In this document: in pieces, positions 37,500 to 50,327 of the stretch
Layout of the letters: each line of letters begins with the position of its first letter
Numbering within the stretch: position 1 is the first letter of the stretch
DNA from: Squalus acanthias
Taxonomy: Eukaryota
Assembly: GCA_030390025.1 (NCBI GenBank)
Contig: CM059432.1
Location: forward strand, 99,202,001 to 99,266,000
DNA: 64,000 nucleotides
Reading direction: 5' to 3'
Notes under the pieces: model-generated
Databases searched by the model: none
Told to the model about the DNA's origin: nothing
What the model saw: only the letters and a program-made list of their open reading frames with translations
Program-made: the position numbers and the translations under genes

Positions 37500-39461
37500 C
37501 CCTTAGTGCCTCTTGTTACTGTGCCTTTGCCTACTCTAGTGCTCCTATGAAGTGTTGGCCCAGTGGCTGCAGCAGGCTGGTGGAAGGCTGCTGAGTGTCC
37601 GTGCGGGAGACTTCAGATGGCCTTGCAGGACACCCTCGACCAGCTCTGGGCCTGGAAGGCCCGGCTGTAGACTGCACCACCTTAGCATGGGCGGCAGCAG
37701 TCTGGGCTGGCTGGAAGACAAGCAGCGACAAGGGCAATGGCGGAGTGCCAGTGGTGGGAGCAGGAATGCTGTCATCCTGAGAGAGGACAGCAGGTTCCTG
37801 CTCCACTAATCCACTGCCACTCCTCCGGTGCAGCACCTCAGCATCCCTAGCAATCTGCTGGAGCACAGACTGCTGGCCTACTAAGACACCGTGAAAATCC
37901 TGGTCGACGGTGGTCGACCCAGCCACGATGGCAGCAGTCAGAGCTTGTGTGGCATCAAGCTGAGACTGCATGAGAGCAGTCTGAGATTGATGCCACCAAG
38001 CATAGACTGCATTACAGCACTAAGATGTTGCATCGCTTCCACCTGTACTGCAATGGAAGCTGCCAGATTGCCCATCACACGTGACATCAGGTTTGGGTCG
38101 CCACGGTCTCTCTGGGAGACCACCATCCCTTGCAGACTACAAATCATGGGCTCCATGTTGTGCACAGAGCCTTGTGCAATGTTGGAGGCGGATTCCTCCA
38201 CAGTCCTTACCATTGCTGAGAGGCTCTTGGGCACGCTTACCATTGCACCTATCATCTCTGTGCACATGCCCATCACCCTTCTTCTAAAGGCCTCCCCATC
38301 GAGGTCCTCATCTGAGTCAGAACTCGCGCGTGAACTCGCCCTCCGGGGAGCTCACTCCTAAGCTACCCTTTCCCTCTGGCCTTGCTGCAGCCCACTCGTT
38401 CCCGGTGCATCACCCTGTGCAGATCCCGCTACTATACTAGCTTCTAAAGAACGCGTAGTGCCAGTATCTGAGCTGGTTCCTGCGGGTGAGACATGCAGTG
38501 ACTTGGTGTCTTCCTCCTCCTCCTCTTCTCCCGCCTCACTCTCAACGGTATCCTCAGGGATAGGCTGCTCAGGTGCTTGCTCATCATCTGAAAGCATAAA
38601 GGCATAAGAGTCGGTTTAAGGTGAGGGGAGGGGGCAGGAAGGGAGAAATGAATGTATACAGCATGATTAGCTGGAAAGCGCAAAACGCCTGTGGGGTGAG
38701 GGGGAAGTGGGATGTGAGAAGAAGGAGTAGGGATGAACATACCGTTGTTGTCCCCAATGGGGTTAACGTTGCCGGTGGCCACAGCACCCACCACCTGGCA
38801 CCCAATAATCTGCTACACTCGAGTCTCTAGCTCAGACAATGGTTGGATGTCAGCTTATCTCCCACCTGTGCGCTCGTGCTCCCTCCTGTTGTGAGCCACC
38901 TTGGCCTGCAAGAGAAAGGAAAGTGTGTGAGTGAGTGTGGAGCAATGTGTTTGGGTGATGTGCCTGCCATAGTTGAATAGCTGTCATTGTGTGCAAGGTG
39001 TGAGACGTGGGTGTGAGTGTTGCTAGGTAGAGATTGTTGGTGGGCGAGTGCTGGGGGTGTGGTGCTTTGAGCAGTGTGTGCAGACTGAGGTTCAGATGGT
39101 GGTATGTAGCATTTGTTGAAGCATTGACTCACCATGACCACCCGAGTGAGGTTGTTAAATTTCTTCCTGCACAGTGTGGGGGTCCTGGGGACAACAGTGC
39201 TGCCCGAGACGTGCTGCGCTACCTCCCTCTACATAGTGCAGAAGACTTGCGGCAAGGGCCTCCTGCCACTTGCTGGGTAGAGCATCGCCCTCCGTCTTTC
39301 CACTGCGAACACCAACGCCTCCAATGCATGGTCGCAGAATCTGATGGCTCTCTCCCTGGGGCTGCTTGAGTTGTCCAGCTCCTTCTCCTTGACCTGCTGC
39401 TGCTGGCTGAGACAGCTGCACAGCCAGCAATGCTGACCCTTCTTCTTGTGGCAATTGCCAT
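37500..39461 (-). pseudogene. Harbinger Myb/SANT gene, three exons, frameshifted
   Basis: Exon 1 ends KKFNNLTRVVM|gtgagt at 39133. Exon 2 starts at 38905 (AKVAHNRREHERTGG). Exon 3 starts at 38587 with acidic and coiled-coil segments. Confidence 0.8.
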
Positions 39462-39476
39462 TTTAAAGTTTAGCAT

Positions 39477-39890
39477 GTGCCCCCTTTTTAAAAGGGCACA
39501 ACCAGTAAAGACTGTAACTCAAAAACAAATTAAAAGGAACCTTAACAAATCAAATAAAAATTTTATCCCTGGGGGTGATGATGCACTCCAGTCCCTCCGG
39601 TGCCCAATGGTTGCGGAAGGCCTCGCGCGTGCCGGTGGACACCACGTGCTCCATCTCCAGGGACACCCGGGTGCAAACGTAGATGCAGAAGCGAGGCAGA
39701 CAGTCGGGACGAACGACCCACCCGTTGCCTGGACCAGTTGATGGCCACCTTGGCCAGGCCCAGGAGCAGTCCCACAAGGAGGTTCTCCGACTTTTCCGCA
39801 CTGGGTGACCAAAGATCAGGAGCGTGGGACTGAAGTGCAGCCAAAAATCAAGGAGCAGCCCCTTCGAATAGTTGAAGAGGGGTTGCAACC
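39477..39890 (-). mobile_element. Tx1-clade LINE 3' fragment inserted in Harbinger
   Basis: RLQPLFNYSKGLLLDFWLHFSPTLLIFGHPV...LLVGLLLGLAKVAI...RVSLEMEHVVSTG...WAPEGLECII resembles the Tx1 ORF2 C-terminus; terminal GTGCCC...GGGCAC stem-loop. Confidence 0.7.
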
Positions 39891-40199
39891 GCAATGCTGA
39901 GATGAGATTCTGCGGCATCAAAGGACCTCCCCTTTAAGAACTGGAAAGAGCCTGTGGCAATGATGACTTGTGATTAGACTGCACCTGATATTGGTCAGCA
40001 CTTTGAGTTTAATGCCACTGAGCTAAGCCATTAGCACTTGATTTAGCGCTCCAATCCTTTCTTTGTGCAATGAGACTGAATTTTGCGTGCAATGAAACAC
40101 TGAATTTTGCATACAGCCTGAATCATTAGCGCCTGGTGCTAATTCTCAAACTTTTCTAAAGTTAGTGCCCATTCCTGGGCTATAATGAATTTCTCCCCC

Positions 40200-43100
40200 T
40201 TAGTCTTAAGTTTATTTCTGTAAGTTAATTAATAGTCGGATAAATAGAGGCATGGCAGGGCACCTCAGTCCCGTGGAATACACATCCTGTGCCATGTGGG
40301 AAATCCAGGATGCTTCCCGTGTCCTGGACAACCACATGTGCAGGAAGTGTCATCAGCTGGAGGAGCTCGAGCTCTGGATTTCGGAACTTGAGCAGCAGCT
40401 GGCGTCACTGCGGTGCATCCGTGAGGCTGAGAGCTACGTGGCCAGCATGTTTCAGGAGGTGGTCACCCCGCAGCATAAGAGTGTGCAGGCAGAAAGGGAA
40501 TGGGTGACCGTCAGACAGACAAGGAAGACCAGGCAGTTAATGCAGGAGTCCCCTGAGTGCATCTCGCTCTCCAACCAGTATTCAGTACTGAGTACTGGTG
40601 AGGGCAATGATTCCTCTGGGGAGTACAGCCAGAGCCAAGTCCACTGCACCATGATAGGTGGATGAGACCTCCCCAGGAGACCAAGACAGCCTGGTTGCAG
40701 ATTGCAGAGGAGGGCACAAGCAGGGATGTCGTCAGGAGGACCAGGCTGCAGTGGCGCAAACCTTTCAATTATCTCAGTAGATCACAAAATGTTACTGCAA
40801 AGCCACACTCAACCTCATCTGCTGTTCCACTCATCACATCCCCATCACTCTGCCTTCCCTACCCTACTCCTGCACATCCTTACTCACACCAACTTACCTT
40901 ACACCTCCACCCATCCCTTGCTATCTACATTATCACTTCCCCATCTCACTAGTCACCCCCCACACTCACCCTCATCCTAGTCCAATCATAACAACCAACA
41001 ACACGCAAGGGTAGGCACTTGGGTGTTTTAGCCAATGGTCATGTAAACTTTCTGATAATGTGTTGTCAAGCATTGAAATCCTTATTGTCACCACTTTGCC
41101 TTCTTGGACAGATTTGTGTGCACCTTTGAAAGTGTCTTAGTGAGTTGCAATGAATGGTGAGACATAACGTTCCCCTCCCCCTCCCCCAATGGTGTTGAGT
41201 GTGAAAGGAATGGATTGGACATTGTAGGAATGCTTTATGGTGCTAGTGTTGGGTGGTGCCAACCTGCTGCATCATGTGGTAGCTAGGGTGCACAGTGTTA
41301 AGTGAAGCTAATCTGGACATGGTGAGTCCACCGCTGGTGTCCCAGGCAGCAATGTGCACGGGTGATGATGTCCTGTGTCCATTGTAGCATCAGTTGATTG
41401 CGGAGAAGGCTGGTGTGGATGTTGGTGCTGCTGGTGTGCCCAGTGATGCTGGTGTTGGGGCTGATCATGTTGGGATTCTGAGGACCAAGATGGGAGAGTA
41501 TAAAGGGCACCGATGATGATGGAATAGATGGCAGGTGAGGTTGAGATGACAGAAGTAATCTGTCAGTGTTGAGATAGGTTGTTCCAAGGAGGTGAGAGTG
41601 GATAGAGAGATTACTCCAAACACTTCAAAAGTGCATAAAGCTCAAAAGTGGGTTCCAAATACTGAAGGCTGAAGCTTCTGAGATTGGAAACTGACCAGCT
41701 GTAAAATGGCAGGTTTTAAACCACTTTTGCAGCTGTCACCTAATGAAAGAAATGGAGAGTTGTTCAGAACCCGACATACTGACCTGGCGTGATCCCCGAG
41801 CGATGGGATCCTCATGGAAAACTTGGCAAAATGCTTTGGAGCTGGGAAAATGGGGATTTAATTACTTTAAACACCCTCCTAACAAGCACAATTCAATGAC
41901 CTGCCGCTTAGTGCCGTGTCTGCAAAGCGCAGGCAGAACTGGCATTTGGGAAACTGACAAGAAGGCGGGTTCAGAATGGGATACTGGCCCGCTGTCAATC
42001 GTTTTGATTTTGACAGCGGACCCGCCTCCAAACCCGCCCTCTGAGCACCGGCAAAATTCAGCCCAATGTGCACAAAGGACAGGGAGAGACAGATAGCACT
42101 AGAATAAGAAATAGTAAGGTATTAGGTGGAGTCAGATTAAGAGAATACAAGAAGATCAAAGACAGGTTTACAGTGCATGTGTGTAAATGCACAAAGTTTG
42201 GTAAATAAGGTTGGTGGGCTGCAGGCGCACATAGCCACATGGGAATATGATGTCGTGGCGATAACGGAGACCTGGCTCAAAAAAGGGCAGGATTGGGTTT
42301 TAAAGATTCCTGGATATAAGGTGTTCAGGAACGATAGGGAAGGAAAGGAAGGTGGTGGGGTGGCAATATTGGTTAAGGAGAATGTTACAGTGTTGGAGAG
42401 AGAGGTTGTCCTGGAGGGGTCAAGGACAGAATCTATTTGGTTAGAGTTAAGAAACAATAGAGGTGCCATTACACTACTAGGTGTATTCTATAGGCCACCA
42501 ACTAGCGGGAAAGATATAGAGGAGCAAATTTGCAGGGAAATTACAGAGAGGTGCAAGAACTATAGAGTAGTAATAATGGGGGACTTCAATTATCCTAATA
42601 TAGACTGGGATAGTAATAGTGTAATGGGCAGAGATGGGGAAGAATTTCTGAAGTGTGTTCAGGAGAACTTTCTTGATCAGTACATTTCTGGCCCAACGAG
42701 GAAGGAGGCATTGTTGGATCTGGTTCTGGGGAATGAGGTGGGTCAAGTGGAGCAAGTGTCAGTAGGGGAACATTTAGGGAACAGTGATCACAGTATCATA
42801 AGGTTTAGATTAGCTATGGAAAAGGACAGGGAGCAATCTAGAGTAAAAGTACTTAATTGGAGGAAGGCAAATTTCAGTGGGTTGAGAACAGATCTGACTT
42901 GGGTAAATTGGAATCAAAGATTGGCAGGTAAAACTGTAATTGAACAATGGGCTGCCTTTAAAGAGGAGATGGTTTGGGTACAGTCCAGGTATATTCCCAT
43001 GAGGGGGAAAGGTAGGGCAATTAAAACAAGAGTTCCCTGGATGACGAAAGAGATAGAGAGTAAGATGAAGCAGAAAAATGGCGCCTATGACAGATGTCAG

Positions 43101-45043
43101 GTTGAGAATGCAAGTGAGAATCAGGCTGAATATTGAAAGTTCAGAGAGGAAGTGAAAAAGAAAATAAGTGAGAGTATGAGAATAGATTGGCAGCTAAATA
43201 AAAGGGAATTCAAAAGTCTTCTATAGGCATATAAATAGTAAACGGGTAGTAAGAGGAGGGTTGGGGCTGATTAGCGACCAAAAAGGAGACCTACGCATGA
43301 AGGCAGAGGGCATGGCTGAGGTACTAAATGAGTACTTTGCATCTGTCTTCACCAAGGAAGAAGATGCTGCCAGAGCCATAGTGAAAGAGGAGGTAGTGGA
43401 GATACTGGATGGCATAAAAATTGATAAAGAGGAGGTACTAGAAAGGCTGTCTGAACTTAAAGTTGATAAGTCACCAGGACTGGATGGGATGCATTCTAGG
43501 ATGCTGAGGGAGGTTAAGGAGGAAATCGCAGAGATACTCACCATAATCTTCCAATCCTCCTTAGATACGGGAGTGGTGCCAGAGGACTGGAGGATTGCAA
43601 ATGTTACACCCTTGTTCAAAAAAGGGTGTAAAGATAAACCCAGCAACTACAGGCCCGTCAGTTTAACTCGGTAGTGGGGGAGCTTTTGGAAACGATAATC
43701 AGGGACAAAGTCAACAGTCACTTGGAGAAGTGTGGATTAATTAAGGAAAGCCAGCCCGGATTTGTTAAAGGCAAATCATGTTTAACCAACTTGATCGAGT
43801 TTTTTGATGAGGTAACAGAGAGGGTTGATGAGGGCAATGTGGTTGACGTGGTGTATATGGACTTCCAAAAGGCGTTTGATAAAGTGCCACATAATAGGCG
43901 TACCAGCAAAGTTGAAGCCCATGGAATAAAAAGGACAGTGGCAGCATGGATACGAAATTGGCTAAGTGACAGGAAACAGAGAGAAGTGGTGAACGGTTGT
44001 TTTTCAGACTGGAGGAGGGTACACAGTGGTGTTCCCCAGGGGTCGGTACTAGGACCACTACTTTTCTTGATATATATTAATGACTTGGACTTGGGAGTGG
44101 AGGGCACAATTTCAAAATTTGCAGATGACACCAAATTTAGAGGTATAGTGAACAGTGAGGAGGATAGTGCTAGACTTCAGGAAGACATAGACAGGCTGGT
44201 GAAATGAGCGGACACGTGGCAGATGAAATTTAACGCAGAAAAGTGTAAAGTGATACATTTTGGTAGGAAGAATGAGGAGAGGTAATATAAACTAAAGGGT
44301 ACAATCCTAAAGTGGGTGCATGAACAGAGAGACCTGGGGGTACATGTGCACAAATCATTGAAGGTGGCAGGGCAGGTTTATAAACGATTAAGAAAGCATA
44401 CGGGATACTGGGCTTCATAAATAGAGGCATAGAGTACAAAAGCAAGGAAGTTATGATGAATCTTTATAAAACCCTGGTTCGGCCTCAACTGGAGTATTGT
44501 GTCCAATTCTGGGCACCGCACTTTAGGAAGGATGTGAAGGCCTTAGAGACGGTGCAGAAAAGATTTTCGAGAATGATTCCAGGGATGAGGGACTTCAGTT
44601 ACATGGATAGACTGGAGCAGCTGGGGTTATTCTCCTTAGAGCAAAGAAGGTTGAAAGGAGATTTGATAGAGGTATTCAAAATCATGAGGGGTCTAGACAG
44701 AATAGTTAGAGAGAAACTATTCCCATTGGTGGAAGGGTCGAGAACCAGAGGACACAGATTCAAGATGATTGGCAGAAGAACCAAAGGTGACGTGAGGAAA
44801 AACCTTTTTACGCAGCGAGTGGTTAGGATCTGGAATGCAATGCCTGAAAGGGTGGTGGAGGCAGACTCAATTGTGGCTTTCAAAAGGGAATTGGATAAAT
44901 ACCTGAAGGAAAGAAATTTGCAGGGCTACGGGGAAAGGGCGGGAGAGTGGGACTAGCTGAAGTGCTCTTGCAGAGAGCCGGCACGGGCTCAACAGGCCGA
45001 ATGGCCTCCTTCTATGCTGTAACCATTCTATGATTCTATGATT
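40200..45043 (+). mobile_element. Near full-length CR1 LINE (ORF1 N-terminus, degenerate ORF2), ORF1 interrupted
   Basis: ORF1 zinc finger/leucine zipper at 40252-40660 (CAMWE...MCRKCHQLEELE). ORF2 APE (NAQSLVNK, ITETWL, GDFN, SDH) from ~42170 and RT to stop at 44956. Tail (ATTCTATG)2. Confidence 0.96.
40660..42065 (+). mobile_element. 1.7-kb non-autonomous Harbinger family (copy 2), left end lost
   Basis: Colinear with 29037-30060; right TIR GGCAAAATTCAGCCC. Confidence 0.88.
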
Positions 45044-45584
45044 GAGAAAATATACATAGACATTCATTTGAATAAGGCAGTTGTTATTTGCGAAATTTGT
45101 TCAAACACAAAGAACTAGCTCAATCCAGTAATATTTAAAGTGGGCGGTTGAAACATGTCAGTGGCAAGAAAAGATGAGAACGACTGTTAACTTCGCTGAC
45201 ACCAGCTATGACTCAGTTTTATAGAGATATGGGGACTATAAATCCTACTTGAACTCCTGGCACAAATCAACTATTGTTTGCTTATCTAAATGATAATGCC
45301 ACAAGAATTATGCTATACATCTGCTTTTAAAATCAACTCCTCGCTGATTTTTCTGATCTGTATAGTCTGGATTTTCCTTGACCTGCCAGAAGCATGGCAG
45401 GATGGGACTTCTGCCTGCCCGTGTGATCCCACTGGCAACCAATAGCATTTTCTTTCAGATTGAGGAATATAGCATGCAGGGCAGGGGCGAGGTAGGAATC
45501 CTGCTGCTAATCGCTCTCTGCTGCTGGGGGAGGGTGACTCCAATTTAGCTGCAGCAGTAAAATGACTGTTGCAGTTTATAAAGA

Positions 45585-45690
45585 AAAAAGAAAGACTTGC
45601 ATTTCTATAGCGCCTTTCACAACCACCGGACGCCTCAAAGCGCTTTACAGCCAATGAAGTACTTTTGGAGTGTAGTCACTGTCGTAATAT
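45585..45690 (-). mobile_element. DeuSINE 3' tail fragment
   Basis: Reverse complement of the 25460-25567 tail. Confidence 0.8.
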
Positions 45691-45730
45691 AGGGCCAGAA
45701 GGCATTGTAAGTCTTGACGAATCAGAAACA

Positions 45731-47465
45731 GGCCGGAATTTTCCGGGGTGTCAGCGGACGGGATCTGTGGCAGGTTGGTGGAAGGTGTTTTTTACAGCGG
45801 GTCGGACCACTGTCATCCCGCCGCAACAAGCCTTTGCCCCAGGCGCGTCTGTCACCACTGAGCAGACCCGACAGGCAGCGGCGGGCGACCCAATTAGACT
45901 CATTATAATCGACTTAACAGACCCTTAACAGGCTTTTTTAACGTACTTTTTAACTTTAACTACATGGCCATGGGAACCACGCTGTTCGAGGACCACGTCT
46001 GTCAACCTGAGGTGGGAGGTTCAGTGACCATTGCTCCAGCAGATTCTTTGACAGCTTCAAATGTACAGTAAAAGCTCCCACATGACAGATCTTCACTTTC
46101 TTCAGCCATAAACTGCTCCTCACTGCATTTCCAGAACAGAATCAGCAGGCTGCAAGTGTTTCCCCCAAAGTTCTATCCAGTCTCACCTCATTACCTCTCC
46201 CACCATTTACAGATCACTTCTGTCATCTGTACTTCACCTGCCATCTATTCCATCGGCATGGGTGCCCTTTATACTCTCTCACCTTGGTCCTCAGAATCTG
46301 ACCGCGATGAGCCCCAACACCAGCAGCACCAGGCACACCAGCAGCACCAACAACAACAACACCAACCTTATCCACAATCACCAGAGGGCATCAGCACCTG
46401 AGCACATTGCTGCCCAAGAGGCCAGGGATGGCCTCATCATGGTCAGATTTACTTAACTTTACGCTGTACACCCTGGCTGCCACATGATGTGCCAGCTTTG
46501 CACCACCTCACACCAACACCATAGAGCATCCCTACAATGACCAAGACATTCCTTTCACACTCATCACCATTGCGGGGAGTACCATTATGTCTCACCATTC
46601 ACTGCAACTCATTAAGCCACTTCCAAAGGCGCACACAAATCTGTCCAAGACTGGAAAGTTGAAAATAAAGATTTCAATGTTTGACAGCACTTTAACACAA
46701 ACTTTACATAAACATTGGATAAAACACTCAAGTGGCTACCCTTGTGTGTTGTTAGTTGGTATGATTGCACTAGGATGAGGGTGAGTGTGAGGAGTGGCTA
46801 GTGAGATGGGGATGTGATAATGTTGATAGAGAGAGAGATGGGTGAAGGTGCAAGGTAAGTTAGTGTGAGTAATGATGTGCAGGAGTAGGGTAGGGAAGGC
46901 AGAGTGATAGGGATGTGATGAGAGGCACAGCAGGACGAGGTTGACTGTGGTTTTACAGTAACGTTTCATGATCTAATTAGATCATTGAAATGTTCGCACC
47001 ACTGCACCCAGGTCCTCACTACATCCCTGCTTGTGCCCTCCTCTGTAATGTGCAACCAGGCTGTTTAGGTCTCCTGGGGAGGTCTCTTCCGCCCATGGGA
47101 AGGGAAGAGAACCTTCCTGCATGCTGTAACTCCCTCCATAAGCATATGGAGGGAGTCACGGGAATACCTGGGTGCAGCCCCGTGCATCTGTGTTTGCAGC
47201 ACTTCAATGCTGTAGAACACTGACAGCACAAATGTCAAAAGAAATGTGGCCATGGTCCCTTTAAGGAAACCGGCTGATGACGCATCATCAAATGACGTCA
47301 CCAGACCTGTTTCCTCTAATTCGACTGGGAAACACGCTGGGCGGGCTTAACAAGCCCCACTGAGGTAAGTTCATTTTGGACAGCTGGATGGAGCCAGCAG
47401 CGGGGCTGCGACCCGCCACTGACTTCGCCTGCATCAGACCCGCCCAGGTAGGCAAAATCCCGGCC
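45731..47465 (-). mobile_element. 1.7-kb non-autonomous Harbinger (copy 3, inverted)
   Basis: TIR GGCCGGAATTTT...AAAATCCCGGCC; flanks ACA/AGA; reverse complement of 28647-30385. Confidence 0.9.
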
Positions 47466-47740
47466 AGAGGAATTGCACAGTGAGTGGAGAATGGCAGAAA
47501 GTGGACCAGCATCGAGGTATCTGCTATGGACAAGCCCAAAGGAGTCTTGGAAGCTTCTGTGGAGGTGGCATTGGCAGAGATAAGTGTAATGAGGGAAAGG
47601 CTATTGGCACCCAAAGCTGCAGAATAGGGTGTTGCAGCAATATGAAGGGAGATGGTTCAGTCAGTCAGTGCCCAAGCAATTCTTTCTGGCAAGTGGAATA
47701 AAAGGAAAATCTCCCCTATTTATCCCCATTTGGACTCATT

Positions 47741-47892
47741 GCGGTAGATCTTGGCTTTACGCAATAACGTAAAATGGGAGATAGCGAATCGGCCTTGAAG
47801 TCAATGGAAATAAAAAGTGGGAGTGATGTAAAATTAGCTGCCGACTCGCTAACACCCATTTTACACTATAGTACAAAGTCAAGATCTACCCC
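47741..47892. mobile_element. Palindromic Harbinger MITE
   Basis: GCGGTAGATCTTG...CAAGATCTACCCC; TSD ATT/ATT. Confidence 0.85.
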
Positions 47893-48355
47893 ATTTACCT
47901 TTAAGTACAAACATCCCTTTAAATTTTATCTGCTGGCCAAATTTGCCACATCCTCCATTCGGCTGGCTCCCTGCATAAGGCCAAGGCTGTAGAGGCAGCT
48001 ATGAATAATTATTCAAATGTGCTGTCTATGGAAACTTGGCAGTTGTCTACTCACTGCTGGCTAGTTTTGCACAAGTAGCTTGGCAGAAAAGTCTAGGCTT
48101 TTCAGCTAAGCACAATAAGAGGGACATATGCCCTTTATTACTTCAGCCTTTATAAAGTTTTAAAATTACCACGGTTGGGGGACGGTGGTGGTAGTGCTGA
48201 TGGTTGGAGGGGAAAGAAGTGCCACGCAAAAACAAAGTGAAAGGAAACCCAATATAGAGGCACAAAATGGACGAGTGAAAGTACTACCCATCACATAGTT
48301 TGATGGATCGCAAAATAGACATGCAACAGCATGAAGTAGGTGTGAAGAGTGTTAC

Positions 48356-48445
48356 CTTTATTAACACTCTCGGGCAGCTTCCCAGAGAATAGAACTGCAC
48401 TGTTCTTGTGACCAGGCTCATTGTTGTATACACTACCTGCAGGAC
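48356..48445 (-). other. Candidate host-gene exon (90 nt), unidentified
   Basis: CTATTCCCAG acceptor and AAG|GTAACA donor; open in two frames; lies in non-repeat sequence. Confidence 0.3.
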
Positions 48446-50220
48446 CTGGGAATAGATGCATAACAACATAGTACACTTTAAAGGATCTAGCAATCCAGCA
48501 AATTAAGACTGCCTGACAGCACCATGCATCAGATAGATGGCCCAAGATTACATAACACAATATATTGTCTATGGACCTGTTCAATGTTTGCTGTTTGGCC
48601 ATACTATGCCCAGACACAAATGTGTAGTTCATTCATTTAATTATCATGCATATACATACAATCATAGGGCACTCCTTTGTGATGCAAAATACAATTGAAA
48701 GCCTTGTCACACTCACATCATTATTGTAGAACAACGTACCTGTGGGATGTAGTTATTTATGAAACCTAGGTTGGTGTGTAGGTTGTGCATGCCCGTCAAT
48801 GCAAATATGCTTTCAGAACTATTATTTTGCTTGAGACAAGATGGCACTATCCTAACATGTTGAAGGCCTCCATTGTGATACATAGATGATGAAGGTGTGT
48901 CTCTCAGATATGTGATCCCAGAGGAGGCCCATGGGGAGCCAGGCATCAAGGAGCTGATTTATGTAGGGCCAGGAGGAGCCATAATACTACTTCTGGCCCC
49001 ATAAAAATAATTTTAAAATGTTTTTGCAAACTTTTTTTGAGCAGCTTGCAGGACTGCTGGTTCGGCTACTGTATGCCAGGTATCAATGGATGGAGCCTTT
49101 GTGGTGCACATTGCACCGCCCATTGTAACCTTAAAATTGCAATGGGGTCCTATTGATATCACAGGACCCCGATTTGCAAGGGCTAATGGGGCTTCTGCTT
49201 TTTCCAGCAGGCGGTGATCCAAATGTTGATGGGAGTAGGACTGTAAGTGCGGTGCTCATTTTCCCATTGTGCTAGCGTTCTGTTCCCGCTTGAAATGAGG
49301 TAATGAAAATTGGCCCTCATGCTTCTGATTTCCCTGCACCTTTTCACTCCCTGCTGTTGTTTTTACCCCTCCTGTTCTCTCTCCTTCCCTATTCTTTAAC
49401 TGCCCTTTTCTGACCAATCAACTCTACAATCAGAGAGAAAAAAGAATAAATCTCTTCCATAATTCTTCTGCAACACATCTGCTGCAGAAAAAAACTTGTG
49501 CCTTTGAGTGCTTCTTTCCTTCCTCAGGCATTTGAACTAGAAGTAATAGAAGTGGGAATTTTAGCATGTAAAATCTATTTCACATTACTAAGCCATCTAT
49601 CAAGCAATCACTGATATGCTCTACCATAATATACTCGTGTATTGGCATCGCTGTGACTGAGAGGTGACCAAACTAGAAAATATATAATGAAATTTTAATG
49701 AAACTATTTGTTGTAATAAGTACATAGAGATAAGAGAAATTAAACTTGGTTTCTTGTTACCTTTTAACTGCAAATCTCAAACTGAAATGAATTGCAGATT
49801 CATGCTGTAGTGACAGTACTTTCTTTCCAAACCTAGATTATAATAAAAATGCTGCTTTAAACAGGAGGCTCCACAAAATCATATATGAGCTTTATGTATA
49901 AAGGATGATTAGAGATTTCAGATGTCTGCCTTTGGTGGAGGTTCAATATGTTCAGTGAAGCCTGGCGCTGATTCAGATTATCGGTGATGCTTGAACCTAA
50001 TCACTCTGGGGGTGAAATTAGTTTTTGGCAGTCACGCAAAATGGGTGCTAGCAAATCAACGGCTCGTATTACAACCTTTCAAAAGATAATCGGGCGGGAT
50101 GTAAAATGGACTGCTGATTCGTTATCATCCATTTTGAGTGAGGTCAGCTGAGCAGGACAGAGAAGAGGACTTCAGGAATCCAAAAGAAAGCTGCTTGCCT
50201 CACACAAGCAGTTACCAGGT

Positions 50221-50327
50221 TAACTCTGTTTCTTTCTCCAGAGATGCTTCCTGACCTGCTGAGTATTTCCAGCATTTTCTGTTTTTATTTCAGATTTCCA
50301 GCATCCACAGTGTTTTGCTTTTGTTGT
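50221..50327 (+). mobile_element. Short Penelope-type insertion with 14-bp TSD
   Basis: TSD AGCAGTTACCAGGT at 50207-50220 and 50328-50341; insert homologous to 55882-55985. Confidence 0.85.

Larger units (their letters stand above)
35650..40199. mobile_element. Full-length but mutated autonomous Harbinger (~4.5 kb including a Tx1 insert)
   Basis: TIR GGGGGAAGAATTCA...TGAATTTCTCCCCC; convergent transposase (+) and three-exon Myb (-) genes. Confidence 0.93.
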
